Source: a virus
Strand: one strand, 5' to 3'
DNA: 45,262 nucleotides
IMG/VR virus record: IMGVR_UViG_3300031673_000114
Coordinates: 1-45,262 of that record
Shown: positions 15,744 through 24,500 of the stretch, piece by piece
Numbering within the stretch: position 1 is the stretch's first letter
How the letters are laid out: each line of letters starts with the position of its first letter
Made by a program: the position numbers and the translations under genes
The notes under the pieces: generated by a model
Databases searched by the model: none
Seen by the model: the letters and a program-made list of their open reading frames with translations, nothing else
Told to the model about the DNA's origin: nothing

Positions 15744-16323
15744 ACCCCTTATACAAGAGTTTGAGGTAATTGAAGGAGATGTTAAGACCCGAATGGGTGA
15801 CTTAATAAGAATGCGTTTCCAGCAAGGCAAGATTTGTCTCCAAATTCTGACGGAGCTTGGTTGGGATGGATTGGAAGATATGGCGGCTAAGGTCAACTTT
15901 ACCCCCCATTACCTTTACAATCTGGGTATGATGGCAAAGAAATACACCAATAATATGCTTGAAGAGGCAATAGGTAAAGGCTTTACAATCCGTAAGTTAA
16001 TACAGTCATCAAGAGATGTTTCTGAAAAGAGGTTCTCTCGACGCGCTATCGCTTCTCTCGTAAACGACATTGAAAATAAGACGGCGCGTTTATCGGAGAT
16101 GGTAGATGAGATTGGCGGTAATCCCGATGTAGATGGTGAAGTCCTAAAGGCGGAATTCGAGAAGTTAAAAGAAGAACTAAATGGACAGCACCGCGAGACC
16201 CTTCTGCGGGTACTATTCCAAATTGAACAAACCGCCGATACTGTCAGTAAATCCATCAAATTAGGATTATACGAGGAACTGAAGGGTGTTATTCGCTTAT
16301 TAATTTCAACACAAGGAGAATAA
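15712..16323 (+). CDS. Hypothetical protein (start uncertain: 15712 or 15682)
   Basis: ORF track 15598..16323. The internal ATG 15712 after AAAGGA minimises overlap with the upstream gene. Confidence 0.55.
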   Translation: MPDQEIATRLEPLIQEFEVIEGDVKTRMGDLIRMRFQQGKICLQILTELGWDGLEDMAAKVNFTPHYLYNLGMMAKKYTNNMLEEAIGKGFTIRKLIQSSRDVSEKRFSRRAIASLVNDIENKTARLSEMVDEIGGNPDVDGEVLKAEFEKLKEELNGQHRETLLRVLFQIEQTADTVSKSIKLGLYEELKGVIRLLISTQGE

Positions 16324-16325
16324 AC

Positions 16326-16802
16326 ATGGCAAGTAACCGCGAAAAACTCGAACTAACCCTTAATGAGCCAACCGTCGTAGAGTTCCTATACGATAAGCCA
16401 CGCGTAGGCGAGGGACAATATGGTACTTATTGGATTTGGGGAGTGCGACATAAGGGAATTGAAAAGACCTTCTTCGCACCCTCAGCTTCTATTGAACAGG
16501 AAATTGAGGCCATCCGCAAGACCAGCAACATGATGGTTATCACGCAAAGTGCCGAGAATCTACCCGGTGGTAAACTACGCAAGATAACTACTGTGGCTCC
16601 CTATGGAAGTTCAACAGAGACGTATCTTCAGAGGGAATTCAACGCCTCGCCCGTACCCATGCAGGCTGTTATTACCGATACGTCACCCGCTTCTCTTATG
16701 CGGGAATGCTTAAAGCAAGCCGAAACAATAGTGACTTCCCATCAATTTCTTGAGAAGGGGGACATTCTAACCGTTGCAATTGAACTGTTTAAAAGGAGTT
16801 AA
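16326..16802 (+). CDS. Hypothetical protein (158 aa)
   Basis: RBS acaaggagaataaacATG. Confidence 0.7.
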   Translation: MASNREKLELTLNEPTVVEFLYDKPRVGEGQYGTYWIWGVRHKGIEKTFFAPSASIEQEIEAIRKTSNMMVITQSAENLPGGKLRKITTVAPYGSSTETYLQREFNASPVPMQAVITDTSPASLMRECLKQAETIVTSHQFLEKGDILTVAIELFKRS

Positions 16803-16803
16803 T

Positions 16804-17229
16804 ATGAAAGATGTAATCATCCAAACAATTCCACATAGCGAACATCGTTATGAAACGGTTGGAGACTATTTTGACGAGGAAGTATTTATGCCCTCTCCAT
16901 CCGGTACTTATAGTCCCATTCCACGGACGCGGATAGAGGTCTCGGATATGAAGAACCCCGATTACGAATTCCTTGTGGTATTTCACGAACTAATTGAATG
17001 GTATCTTACGCAAAAGCGTGGGATTAAAGAAGAGGATATTACGGTATTTGATATCGGCTTTGAAACCGAGCGCTTAGAGGGTAAACATAAAGATACCGAT
17101 GAACCCGGAGACGATCCCGCCGCTCCCTATTACAAAGAGCATCAATTTGCTACCAAATTAGAGAAAGAAATGGCAACCGAACTTGGCGTGGATTGGGATG
17201 AGTACGATAAGAAAGTTGAAGATATGTAA
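16804..17229 (+). CDS. Hypothetical protein with HELIEW motif
   Basis: RBS aaaaggagttaatATG. Contains VVFHELIEWYL and an acidic C-terminal half. Confidence 0.7.
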   Translation: MKDVIIQTIPHSEHRYETVGDYFDEEVFMPSPSGTYSPIPRTRIEVSDMKNPDYEFLVVFHELIEWYLTQKRGIKEEDITVFDIGFETERLEGKHKDTDEPGDDPAAPYYKEHQFATKLEKEMATELGVDWDEYDKKVEDM

Positions 17230-17295
17230 AATGGTTAGTACGCTTTTAATCGCGCTACTCATGGACAAGCACGCAATTAAAACGGAGAAACAGCC

Positions 17296-17448
17296 ATGAT
17301 TCTCATCGAGGTAATTGCTTATCTCATCCAGATCACCGTCCTCATTCTCTGGTTGACCGGCATCATTCCCGGTGCAATTGAGAAATATAAAAAGTTCAAG
17401 TATGAGATGGATGAAACGCACAACAGGAACCAGGAGGACAAGACGTGA
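17296..17448 (+). CDS. Possible 50-aa single-TM protein
   Basis: Read by hand: MILIEVIAYLIQITVLILWLTGIIPGAIEKYKKFKYEMDETHNRNQEDKT, with GGAG 8 nt upstream. Below the track cutoff. Confidence 0.4.
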   Translation: MILIEVIAYLIQITVLILWLTGIIPGAIEKYKKFKYEMDETHNRNQEDKT

Positions 17449-17549
17449 AAACATCAATCTTTGTAAGAAAAGGAGAGAACGTGCTTCATGTCTCAGAAGC
17501 AGTGGATGAATGGGCGCAGTATGTAAAGATCGACGCCGATAGCGTATAA
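17445..17549 (+). CDS. Possible 34-aa peptide
   Basis: GTGA start/stop overlap with the previous small ORF. AGGAGG lies 8 nt upstream. Confidence 0.3.
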   Translation: MKTSIFVRKGENVLHVSEAVDEWAQYVKIDADSV

Positions 17550-17935
17550 CGGACGGAACAATGTCGTCCCGCTTCGGGATGAAGCCTTGCGTCATTGTTC
17601 CAGTGTTAGGCGCAGTGAGTTTTGGTTGCGGTTGCCGACAAGGTTGCCTGTGGGTCTTGAGCGGATGTCCACAGCGTTTGTGAGTGCGCGCTCAACGAAC
17701 GCCCTGAATGCTCGGCGGCCAGTCACTTCCGGGATAAGCTCCGGTAAACATGATCCGTCATCCGGCAACCGCAACTATAATTTCAACGCATGGCGACCTA
17801 ACGTGAGACAGAAAAAAGTCGTCGCTTCGATGAACGTTTCGGTCTTTGTTTTGCATGTTAGTTGCTTTGCGCTTGCCGAAGTCCGTCCATGGACGGCGGA
17901 CAAGGCAGAATTAAAATGTCCATAGAAAAGAGGAA
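17550..17935 (+). ncRNA. Candidate structured non-coding RNA or long structured 5' leader (class unknown)
   Basis: No ORF here has an RBS. My hand count gives about 55-57% G+C over 17601-17800, against about 41-46% in sampled coding stretches.
Supporting helices:
- 13-bp long-range helix 17624-17636 / 17764-17776;
- 9-bp helix 17555-17563 / 17593-17601 enclosing hairpin 17567-17579;
- hairpin 17674-17702;
- further hairpins (see finding).
The G-U pairs fit only the plus-strand transcript. Confidence 0.35.
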
Positions 17936-17938
17936 GAT

Positions 17939-18157
17939 ATGTACGGCAAACGGTATCGTTGTAATACCTGTGGTAGTGAAACTACATCTCAAGAGGGACT
18001 GAACGACCCCTCTGGCTCTCAAGTGATGGGCAGTTGCGTATGCGGTGGTACGTATAGCTTCATCGGAGAAGAGTACGACCAAGACTTCATTGATCAGCAA
18101 AACTATGAACGCCAACAAGACAGAGAATATGAAGAACGTCACCGTAGGGATTACTAA
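17939..18157 (+). CDS. Hypothetical zinc-ribbon protein (72 aa)
   Basis: RBS aaaagaggaagatATG. CNTCGS...CVCGG followed by an acidic tail. Confidence 0.7.
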   Translation: MYGKRYRCNTCGSETTSQEGLNDPSGSQVMGSCVCGGTYSFIGEEYDQDFIDQQNYERQQDREYEERHRRDY

Positions 18158-18164
18158 ATATCAC

Positions 18165-18186
18165 GCGGCTCCATGGAAGGAGCCGC
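18165..18186. terminator. Hairpin at the convergence point of the two arms (candidate bidirectional terminator)
   Basis: gcggctcc-atggaa-ggagccgc, a perfect 8-bp GC-rich stem between the stops at 18157 (+) and 18221 (-). Flanking U-tracts are poor. Confidence 0.5.
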
Positions 18187-18220
18187 ACTTGACACCGCGC
18201 ATTTTGTCTAACAGACGTGA

Positions 18221-19573
18221 TTACGTTGTGGGACTCAGTACTTGTTGGACAAGGGGTTGTCCCATCCTTTCAAGGGTTGCCCTCCCAATATCCTTTCGAT
18301 AAAATCCCTTTGAACTTGGAATAATCCGTTCTAATATTCGCAGTGCCTTGGTATTTGCTAAGGATATATCCTTATCTTTTCCCGTAATTGTTAGGGCATA
18401 TCCGAATGAAGAGGCTATTCCAATCTGATTAGTGTAATCCCCAAGAGTCATCTTCTTAACTTCCGAGTAATGCACATGTTTCATATCCTCGGGGGTTAAT
18501 CGGGAAAAATCTATAATCTCGTTATAGAAAGACTCCTTAACGTTGTTGACGGTTTCATAGGGAAACGTCGGAAAGGCAAGCGTCAGGACGATACCCTTGT
18601 TGTCTGTATCGAACATATATCCATCGGTATATCCGGTCGCCAAACGGGACATAAAGGAGCCAAAGGGGACATTGAGAAGTTCTAAATATAGATCACTTAT
18701 AGGATATCCGAAGCGTAGGGTGTGTTCTAAGAGATAAATACCATTCGTATTTACAATACAATTAGCATCTACACATCCAACATAGCGGGTTTTTGCAAGA
18801 ATAGGGGTCAGAGGATGAACCATTTCAAGAAACATCCTGTTCAGTCCAAGCTGGAAGTACATCCCTGTTCCCATTTCACCTGTGCTCAGACCGTGCCCAC
18901 CATCCAAAAGCGCCTTATTCTCGAAGTTGATTTCTGTTAGAATCTGGCCATCCTGTCTAATCCAATCGGCCCCATTAAACCATCCCGCTATGGCTACCTC
19001 GTATCCCTCGATGTAATCTTGCACCACAATCTGACCATCCAAGGAATGTTGATACTTGCCTTTAATAGTCAAGAGATGCTTAATTAAATCTTCAGAATCA
19101 TCACGAGAAGCCTTCCAATTTAATGTTTTGGGAAGATTGTCCGTCTGCTTCACAATGTATTTGCGAGGACGCCCCTTGATGTACTTAATGGTGTCATCAA
19201 TAGATTTAACCTCGATAGAAGTTGGTACTCGAATACCAAGTTTCTTGGCAAGTTGAGTTCCCCAGATACGGTCTTTTTCTAATCTATCTCCCACCTCGTT
19301 AGAACCCACCACGCGATAACCGTTCTTACGCATTGCGCTTTGCAACGTTCCAAACTCCGATCCATCAAATATAAAGATGGCATCAATGTTACGCTTGATG
19401 AAATCTTTAAGGGGAGTCGAACTTGCATAGAATCGCTTAATATTTGGAAAGCCAGTCAGTACCTCGTTGAAGTACCTGTCCTTATTCCAAACATAGACGG
19501 TATTGCCCTCTTCTTCAAGTCGGTAGGCAAACCCCGCACATTCCATTGAACCGGAAATAATACAGAATTTCAT
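18221..19573 (-). CDS. PurD-like (glycinamide ribonucleotide synthetase family) ATP-grasp ligase
   Basis: Colinear by eye with E. coli PurD:
- MKFCIISGSMECAGFAYRL vs MKVLVIGNGGREHALAWK;
- GSNEVGDRLEKDRIWGTQLAKKLGIRVP vs GPTAGAAQLEGSKAFTKDFLARHKIP;
- VVQDYIEGYEVAI vs VIEEFLDGEEASF;
- STGEMGTG vs NTGGMGAY;
- LLEHTLRFGYP vs VIEFNCRFGDP;
- C-terminal FYRKDIG vs FCRKDIG. Confidence 0.75.
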   Translation of the reverse strand: MKFCIISGSMECAGFAYRLEEEGNTVYVWNKDRYFNEVLTGFPNIKRFYASSTPLKDFIKRNIDAIFIFDGSEFGTLQSAMRKNGYRVVGSNEVGDRLEKDRIWGTQLAKKLGIRVPTSIEVKSIDDTIKYIKGRPRKYIVKQTDNLPKTLNWKASRDDSEDLIKHLLTIKGKYQHSLDGQIVVQDYIEGYEVAIAGWFNGADWIRQDGQILTEINFENKALLDGGHGLSTGEMGTGMYFQLGLNRMFLEMVHPLTPILAKTRYVGCVDANCIVNTNGIYLLEHTLRFGYPISDLYLELLNVPFGSFMSRLATGYTDGYMFDTDNKGIVLTLAFPTFPYETVNNVKESFYNEIIDFSRLTPEDMKHVHYSEVKKMTLGDYTNQIGIASSFGYALTITGKDKDISLANTKALRILERIIPSSKGFYRKDIGRATLERMGQPLVQQVLSPTT

Positions 19574-19725
19574 CGTTTGGTTTTCTTACTCGCAAAATCG
19601 CGTAACTGCTTGATTGTCATAGACTTAGCCATCTTTGCCGCTGGCCCCTTGCAAGAACTCCTGTTCCCTCTCTTGCAGGAAAGCGCCATACCAGCGGTGC
19701 GTCTTTGTTTAGCAGAATAGGGCAT
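19570..19725 (-). CDS. 51-aa basic peptide translationally coupled to the ATP-grasp gene (DUF3008-like)
   Basis: Read by hand on the minus strand: ggaggtgtattATG, then MPYSAKQRRTAGMALSCKRGNRSSCKGPAAKMAKSMTIKQLRDFASKKTKR. Its TGA overlaps the ATP-grasp ATG (ATGA). It resembles the small MPxKSKxQQ..AGAAL.AKRG...SM...L.EFA family that I believe is Pfam DUF3008. Below the track cutoff. Confidence 0.55.
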   Translation of the reverse strand: MPYSAKQRRTAGMALSCKRGNRSSCKGPAAKMAKSMTIKQLRDFASKKTKR

Positions 19726-19737
19726 AATACACCTCCA

Positions 19738-20268
19738 TTAAAATGGTAGAAATTTAGTGATGGTCGATACCAACTTAGCGATTATACTAATCTGCTTCCA
19801 GATACCGGTCTTAATAATGACGTAAACCACCATCGCTACGACGATTAGCCAAAGCCAATCCACAAAAAGAGTCTTAATGCGTTGCCAGAAAGTAAGTTTA
19901 TGAATCACCATCGGAGTGACCGTTACCGTAGTATCGTGCGTAATTGTGGTATCAATGGGGGCTGGCCTGACGGTGATAGCCACCGTTCCCTTCCGCAAAT
20001 TCACCGTTGCGGTTGCTACCGTGTCTCCGGTGGAATCGGTTTTAACCGCACTAATAGGTCTGTCAGGAACAATTAGCGCCGAATCCTTGCCGCTTATCGA
20101 GTCAATAGGCGCAATTGCCACCACGGGGCTGGAAGGGGCCTTTAAGGTGTCTTTAATTGTTGGGGGTTGGATGTGAACCGGGGTCACGGTTATGACCTCA
20201 ATTGTTTTTTGGGTAGAAGCACATCCGACAAGAATCCCGATACTTAACAATAACAATAGGTATTTCAT
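19738..20268 (-). CDS. Candidate unimolecular spanin (N-terminal lipoprotein signal plus C-terminal TM anchor)
   Basis: MKYLLLLLSIGILVGC has the lipobox LVGC. The middle is T/V/I-rich. The C-terminal TM helix is WLWLIVVAMVVYVII. This is the architecture of phage T1 gp11-type u-spanins. It sits directly downstream of the lysin candidate. Confidence 0.55.
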   Translation of the reverse strand: MKYLLLLLSIGILVGCASTQKTIEVITVTPVHIQPPTIKDTLKAPSSPVVAIAPIDSISGKDSALIVPDRPISAVKTDSTGDTVATATVNLRKGTVAITVRPAPIDTTITHDTTVTVTPMVIHKLTFWQRIKTLFVDWLWLIVVAMVVYVIIKTGIWKQISIIAKLVSTITKFLPF

Positions 20269-20726
20269 ACTGGAGCCTCCTCTGACATATAGGTTATAGA
20301 AATCTGTTCGTGTTCATCCCAGGTGGTTCGCAGTTGGGACATCAGGTGATTGAACTCGCCAACGCTCTGTAAAATAATCTTTGGGTCTGCTGGGTTATCT
20401 AAGGTGGTTCCAACCAAGAGACAGCCCTCCGTATCCTTTGGGTAATTTCCCCAATGAATACGAACACCAGAGAATCCGGGCACATTCACGATATGTGGCA
20501 TTATTCGTTGGAAATGTGGTGAATAGTCAAGGATAACCCGATAAGTACCATAGGGAATGGCCGTTTCATCAACGACCTTCTTCTCGTAAATTTCCTGCAT
20601 GGTCATCCAATTGAAGAGGCCGCGGTCTTTATCTTCCAAGCCATAACAAAACGGGATGCCATCGACTAAAATCTGGCTAATGGTTCTATCGTCCAAGAAC
20701 CATTTTCGGTAAACCGTTAGCTTCAT
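20265..20726 (-). CDS. Candidate cell-wall hydrolase (DUF5675-like; YkuD-type H...GC motif)
   Basis: VRIHWGNYPKDTEGCLLVG matches the L,D-transpeptidase-fold catalytic pattern H-x(9-20)-[ST]-x-G-C. It sits next to the spanin candidate with an ATGA overlap. Confidence 0.45.
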   Translation of the reverse strand: MKLTVYRKWFLDDRTISQILVDGIPFCYGLEDKDRGLFNWMTMQEIYEKKVVDETAIPYGTYRVILDYSPHFQRIMPHIVNVPGFSGVRIHWGNYPKDTEGCLLVGTTLDNPADPKIILQSVGEFNHLMSQLRTTWDEHEQISITYMSEEAPV

Positions 20727-21280
20727 GATGCACTACCTCGATTATCTATTCTGTCTATTAGGGGTCTCATTCTGTTGTAAACAATAGCAAGCGATTTGAC
20801 ATCGTGTACGCAATGTTTAACAATTGTATCCATACACTTTCTATCGCCCTCTAACGACGCTTTCAACCAGAGTCGCAATTCCAAGGGTGTCTTATGTACA
20901 GGGATTTCCAGCCAATCTATAATAGCCGCCAAAGAGTTCCTTCCCAGTTTCAAATGAAATCGTGCCAATTTAACAGGATCGACAAATTTTTTCAAGCGAA
21001 GGGAGACTGGCATATCGTACTGAATACACTTCGCATTCATAAAGCCTTTGTCAAATCGCTGTCCGTTATGGGCTACAAGAATATCGTATTTATTGAGTTC
21101 CTCCATGATTTTCTTAACAACCAGTGAATCGTCCGAACGGTGTTTACTCCACGTTCGTTCCTGATCGGCTCTGATAATAGTGGTTTGCGTCTTTCCATAT
21201 TCTTGAATTACCGCACAGAGAACAATTGCGTTATCCGCATAAAAACCACTGGTTTCTAAATCAAAGATGCCAGTTCGCAT
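20723..21280 (-). CDS. DEDDh-type 3'-5' exonuclease (DnaQ/RNase T-like)
   Basis: Exo I is GIFDLETSG, Exo II is LVAHNGQRFDKGF, Exo III is HCVHDVKSL (H-x4-D). Confidence 0.65.
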   Translation of the reverse strand: MRTGIFDLETSGFYADNAIVLCAVIQEYGKTQTTIIRADQERTWSKHRSDDSLVVKKIMEELNKYDILVAHNGQRFDKGFMNAKCIQYDMPVSLRLKKFVDPVKLARFHLKLGRNSLAAIIDWLEIPVHKTPLELRLWLKASLEGDRKCMDTIVKHCVHDVKSLAIVYNRMRPLIDRIDNRGSAS

Positions 21281-21288
21281 ATCACTCC

Positions 21289-21579
21289 TTATTTTATGAA
21301 AAACTTAATGACAAGGCCAATTATCACGGTTATAACGCCCGTGCCGCCCCATACTTGCCAGCGAAACTTATTGAGGCCATGTATCTCATTGAGAATCCAT
21401 GCGATTTTACTCTTTTGCCCATTATTGCCATCAATCCCTATGACCTCTTGGCGAATTTCACGTTCGCGTCTATCTATACCATCTATCATTTCGTGCCAAG
21501 GTTCCATCGCCTCATTAATACAATTTTCAATGAAGGGCTTTAAATCCTCGGTTAAAGTCCTGAATTCTTCGGTTGTCAT
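21289..21579 (-). CDS. Tail-anchored membrane protein (holin or lysis-associated candidate)
   Basis: A 96-aa soluble helical N-part and one C-terminal TM helix (VWGGTGVITVIIGLVIKFFIK), lying between the structural block and the lysis genes. Confidence 0.4.
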   Translation of the reverse strand: MTTEEFRTLTEDLKPFIENCINEAMEPWHEMIDGIDRREREIRQEVIGIDGNNGQKSKIAWILNEIHGLNKFRWQVWGGTGVITVIIGLVIKFFIK

Positions 21580-24500
21580 CTGTCACCTAATTTTAATTTG
21601 CCGCTTTGAGCGAGTTTAAGGAATGTATCGGCATCTTTCGTAAATCCACCCTGCATGATTTTAGCGCGAACTGGTGCTTTTAGGAAAAGCCAATATTTTG
21701 CGAGTTCTTGCGGGTTCATCTGTGTCGCAAGATTTAGTTGATCGTCTGCCTGTAAACCCATGAGAGCAAGTGCATCAGAATGGAAACCCGAATGACTTAC
21801 AAAGGCCGATACTCCATTAGGCGAAATTGTCCCATTTTGGACTGCCTCTGCAATAGATTGACGAGCCTGTTCCATATTACCTTCTCGTATCATTTGTCGA
21901 ATACGAGACTTTGTAGATTGCGCTTCGGCGGTTTCCTTAGAGCGTACTCCTGAATTTCGGGTATCTGCTATTGTGAAAATTTGGTTCTGTATCTTACTGC
22001 GGGTAACATATCCTGGTGCAGGAGAGGCTCCCAAGAAAGAAACAAGAGCTGCACCCTTAGCACCAAAAGACTTCTCTCGCAAGTAGGATTCTACCGAAAT
22101 GGGCAACAGGGTATTGCCTAATCCAAAGGCTGCAGCATCCCATACCTGCTTATGGGCAGGTGAATATGGAGAATATATCTCGCGTTGTGAGTAATCGGAA
22201 TTTTTCAAAATATCAATGCCCGTAGTTAGCAGTGGGGTCAGTTTACTTCCGGCATAGTCAGCAAGCCCCATGGTTGGCCCAAAGATTCCTCTTTTTTCCA
22301 TACCACCCGCACCCATTGTTGCATTTGCTAAGGCAAAGAATTCTTTATGTTGTCCGGGGATTGAAATACGATCCGGGGAACCATCGGGGCGTGTTCTGCC
22401 GTTTGGCGGGTAGAAGTAATCTAACCATTGCTGTGGCCCCTTTCCGGTCATAAAATAGGTGGTTAGCGCTCCAATGGTCATAACCGTTAAGGGTTCAATT
22501 AGGGCCGTCATCTGTCGTTCGGTCATTTCACGGGTAGCAATGGCCTTGGGAATATCTGCAATAGCGCCCGCTCCCCATCGCAAAGTACCGAACGACCACC
22601 CATAACTAAGAGTCATGCCCGTTAATGCGTCCTTCATATATCGCTGCATAAACAGGTTTTTATAGCGTATCTCTCCAAACCGATTATCTAAATCATCCGC
22701 TATACGGCTAAGTCCAATACGCATTTCACCTTCTGAAGCTCCCGGATGTGCTTCCATCCAGTCGGCTGCTCGTAGGAGCGCCGCATAAGTTTTAATTCGT
22801 GGAATGTGAACTTCCATTAATGGATATCCGACAGATTCCGCAATGGTGCCTATGAGACGTTCTGCGCCGGTTCCTCTTGTTTTCCAGTTTGGCCCCACTA
22901 AATCACTTACAGATTCACCGAACGATTGCTTAATGTTTCTCCAGTATTCCGGGAAGAATTTCTCTCCGGTAGCTCTCATGCTAAGACGCTCAATTGAAGA
23001 AACGCCTGGTGAGAAACCCATCATATCCAATGTTTTAAGGGCGGCCTGCTGTGATAGCGTTGCTTCCGAAGGATGATAGTAAGCATAGATTAAATCTTTA
23101 CCCTTTGTGTTATGTGTAACGGCGGCAATAGGAGCTTCTATTATATCCTTCATGCCCTGCCAAACACGAGTTGGGTCTTTTTCCATTATCCCCATTGTCC
23201 ACATATTATGAAGCCCATGCAATATCTGGGTATCGGTTGCCTCTATACCCGTTGTAAAACCATGAAAAGCGGAAGCGCCAATTTTCATGACCGTTACGAA
23301 CGACTTCATGTGCATCCATTTACGGAATCCTGTTCCCCACGGACTATTGTTTCCGTATAAACCACGAGACATGAATGCCGATAGCGTCTTGGTAGCTTCA
23401 ATGGGGGCAATTACCCTCTTTCCGGCTCCCGCCACATCTTTAGAAATCGGGGCCTCAGCCCATCCCTCTGGAATAGCCGCCTTATTGGATATCTTATGGA
23501 ATATTCCGGTTCGCAAACATTCGTCGGTAAGTTGATGTTCAATGATGGCCTTATTGCCCGCATCAACGCGATGCCATAACAGTTCCCACGGATCGGTAGT
23601 TTTTAGCTGGTTATTCTTCAGGGCCTCTTCCAAATCGTCAAAATAACGATGCTTTTCAAACCATTTTTCAGAACCCATCTTACGCATACGACTTAGAAAC
23701 TGTTCGGCTTGAACGGGATTCTTAAATAGACCGGGAACATAATTCTCCCGGTATCCATACTTTACACCGTTAGCTTGTTCGCTTGCGTATTGAGCGTCAG
23801 CAATGGTTTTCCATGCTTTGGCTTGGTCGGATAACCATTGAGCGTTTGTTCCGGTCTTTACCGCCAAATCGTTAAAATCTTTTGGTTCAATAGCGCCACG
23901 ATTAATGTGAAACAGAAAATCCAATCTGTTTGGGTCGGCTTGTTTACGCATCCAGTCACTCATGCGCCCAACCTCAACCTGTGTGCCCGATAACATCCTA
24001 TCTGCCAGAGCCGTAAGGGGACGAATTGTGGTCATAATTGGGGTAACGTCCATTCCCGCATTGCGAATCAGACTGTTTTTGAATTGTCCCCAAAAGCCGG
24101 GCGTCTTGAGTGCTGGAATTGGTGTTGGTTTTTGCTTTTTGGCTTTTACTACCTTTTCGGCAAATTCCGCATCGGTTTCTGGGGCGGTTGGCTTCTTCGC
24201 TTTGGGCAACGGGTTTGCCTCCACGGAGGCACGAAGCACCTCGCTATCCCATGCAATTTTTTGTGCGAGTTGAGCGGCTTCTTTAAACTTCGACTTAGGA
24301 ACCTTCTTGGTAGCAGGGTCTTTTAACGCTTCAAAGGCGGCTTTATTTTGCTCTTGTCGTGTTCTAATTGCTTCACGTTGAGCATCGTTCATGGTCTTAC
24401 CGAACTCAACGGCCTGCGTAGAACCCGATTTTGCACCCGCTTCCAATTCCCCCTTACTGGGCTGTTGAAATGTGGGAATTTCAGTGGTTTGTAAGGTGCT

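Noticed and set aside
17158-17925. ORFs 17158..17595 (-), 17587..17925 (+, TTG start) and 17592..17774 (-)
   Set aside because: None has an RBS. The translations are Arg/Ser/Leu-rich, as expected from GC-rich non-coding sequence. The minus ORF is antisense to RBS-supported small genes. I treat the region as non-coding instead.
17550-17935. Known RNA classes for the structured segment (group I/II intron, RNase P RNA, tmRNA, hammerhead)
   Set aside because: I could not find the conserved cores: no P7/G-binding R-S pairing, no domain V, no GGAAAGUCCGG P4 element, no tRNA-like end and no CUGANGA...GAAA. The flanking ORFs do not look like a split gene. The class is left unknown pending an Infernal scan.
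5231-19725. The amide-bond enzymes as a thymidine-hypermodification pathway (alpha-glutamyl, putrescinyl or glycinyl-T type)
   Set aside because: Those pathways need a phage dUMP hydroxymethylase, a 5-hmdU DNA kinase and usually a phage DNA polymerase. I see none of these here. DNA modification of another kind is not excluded.
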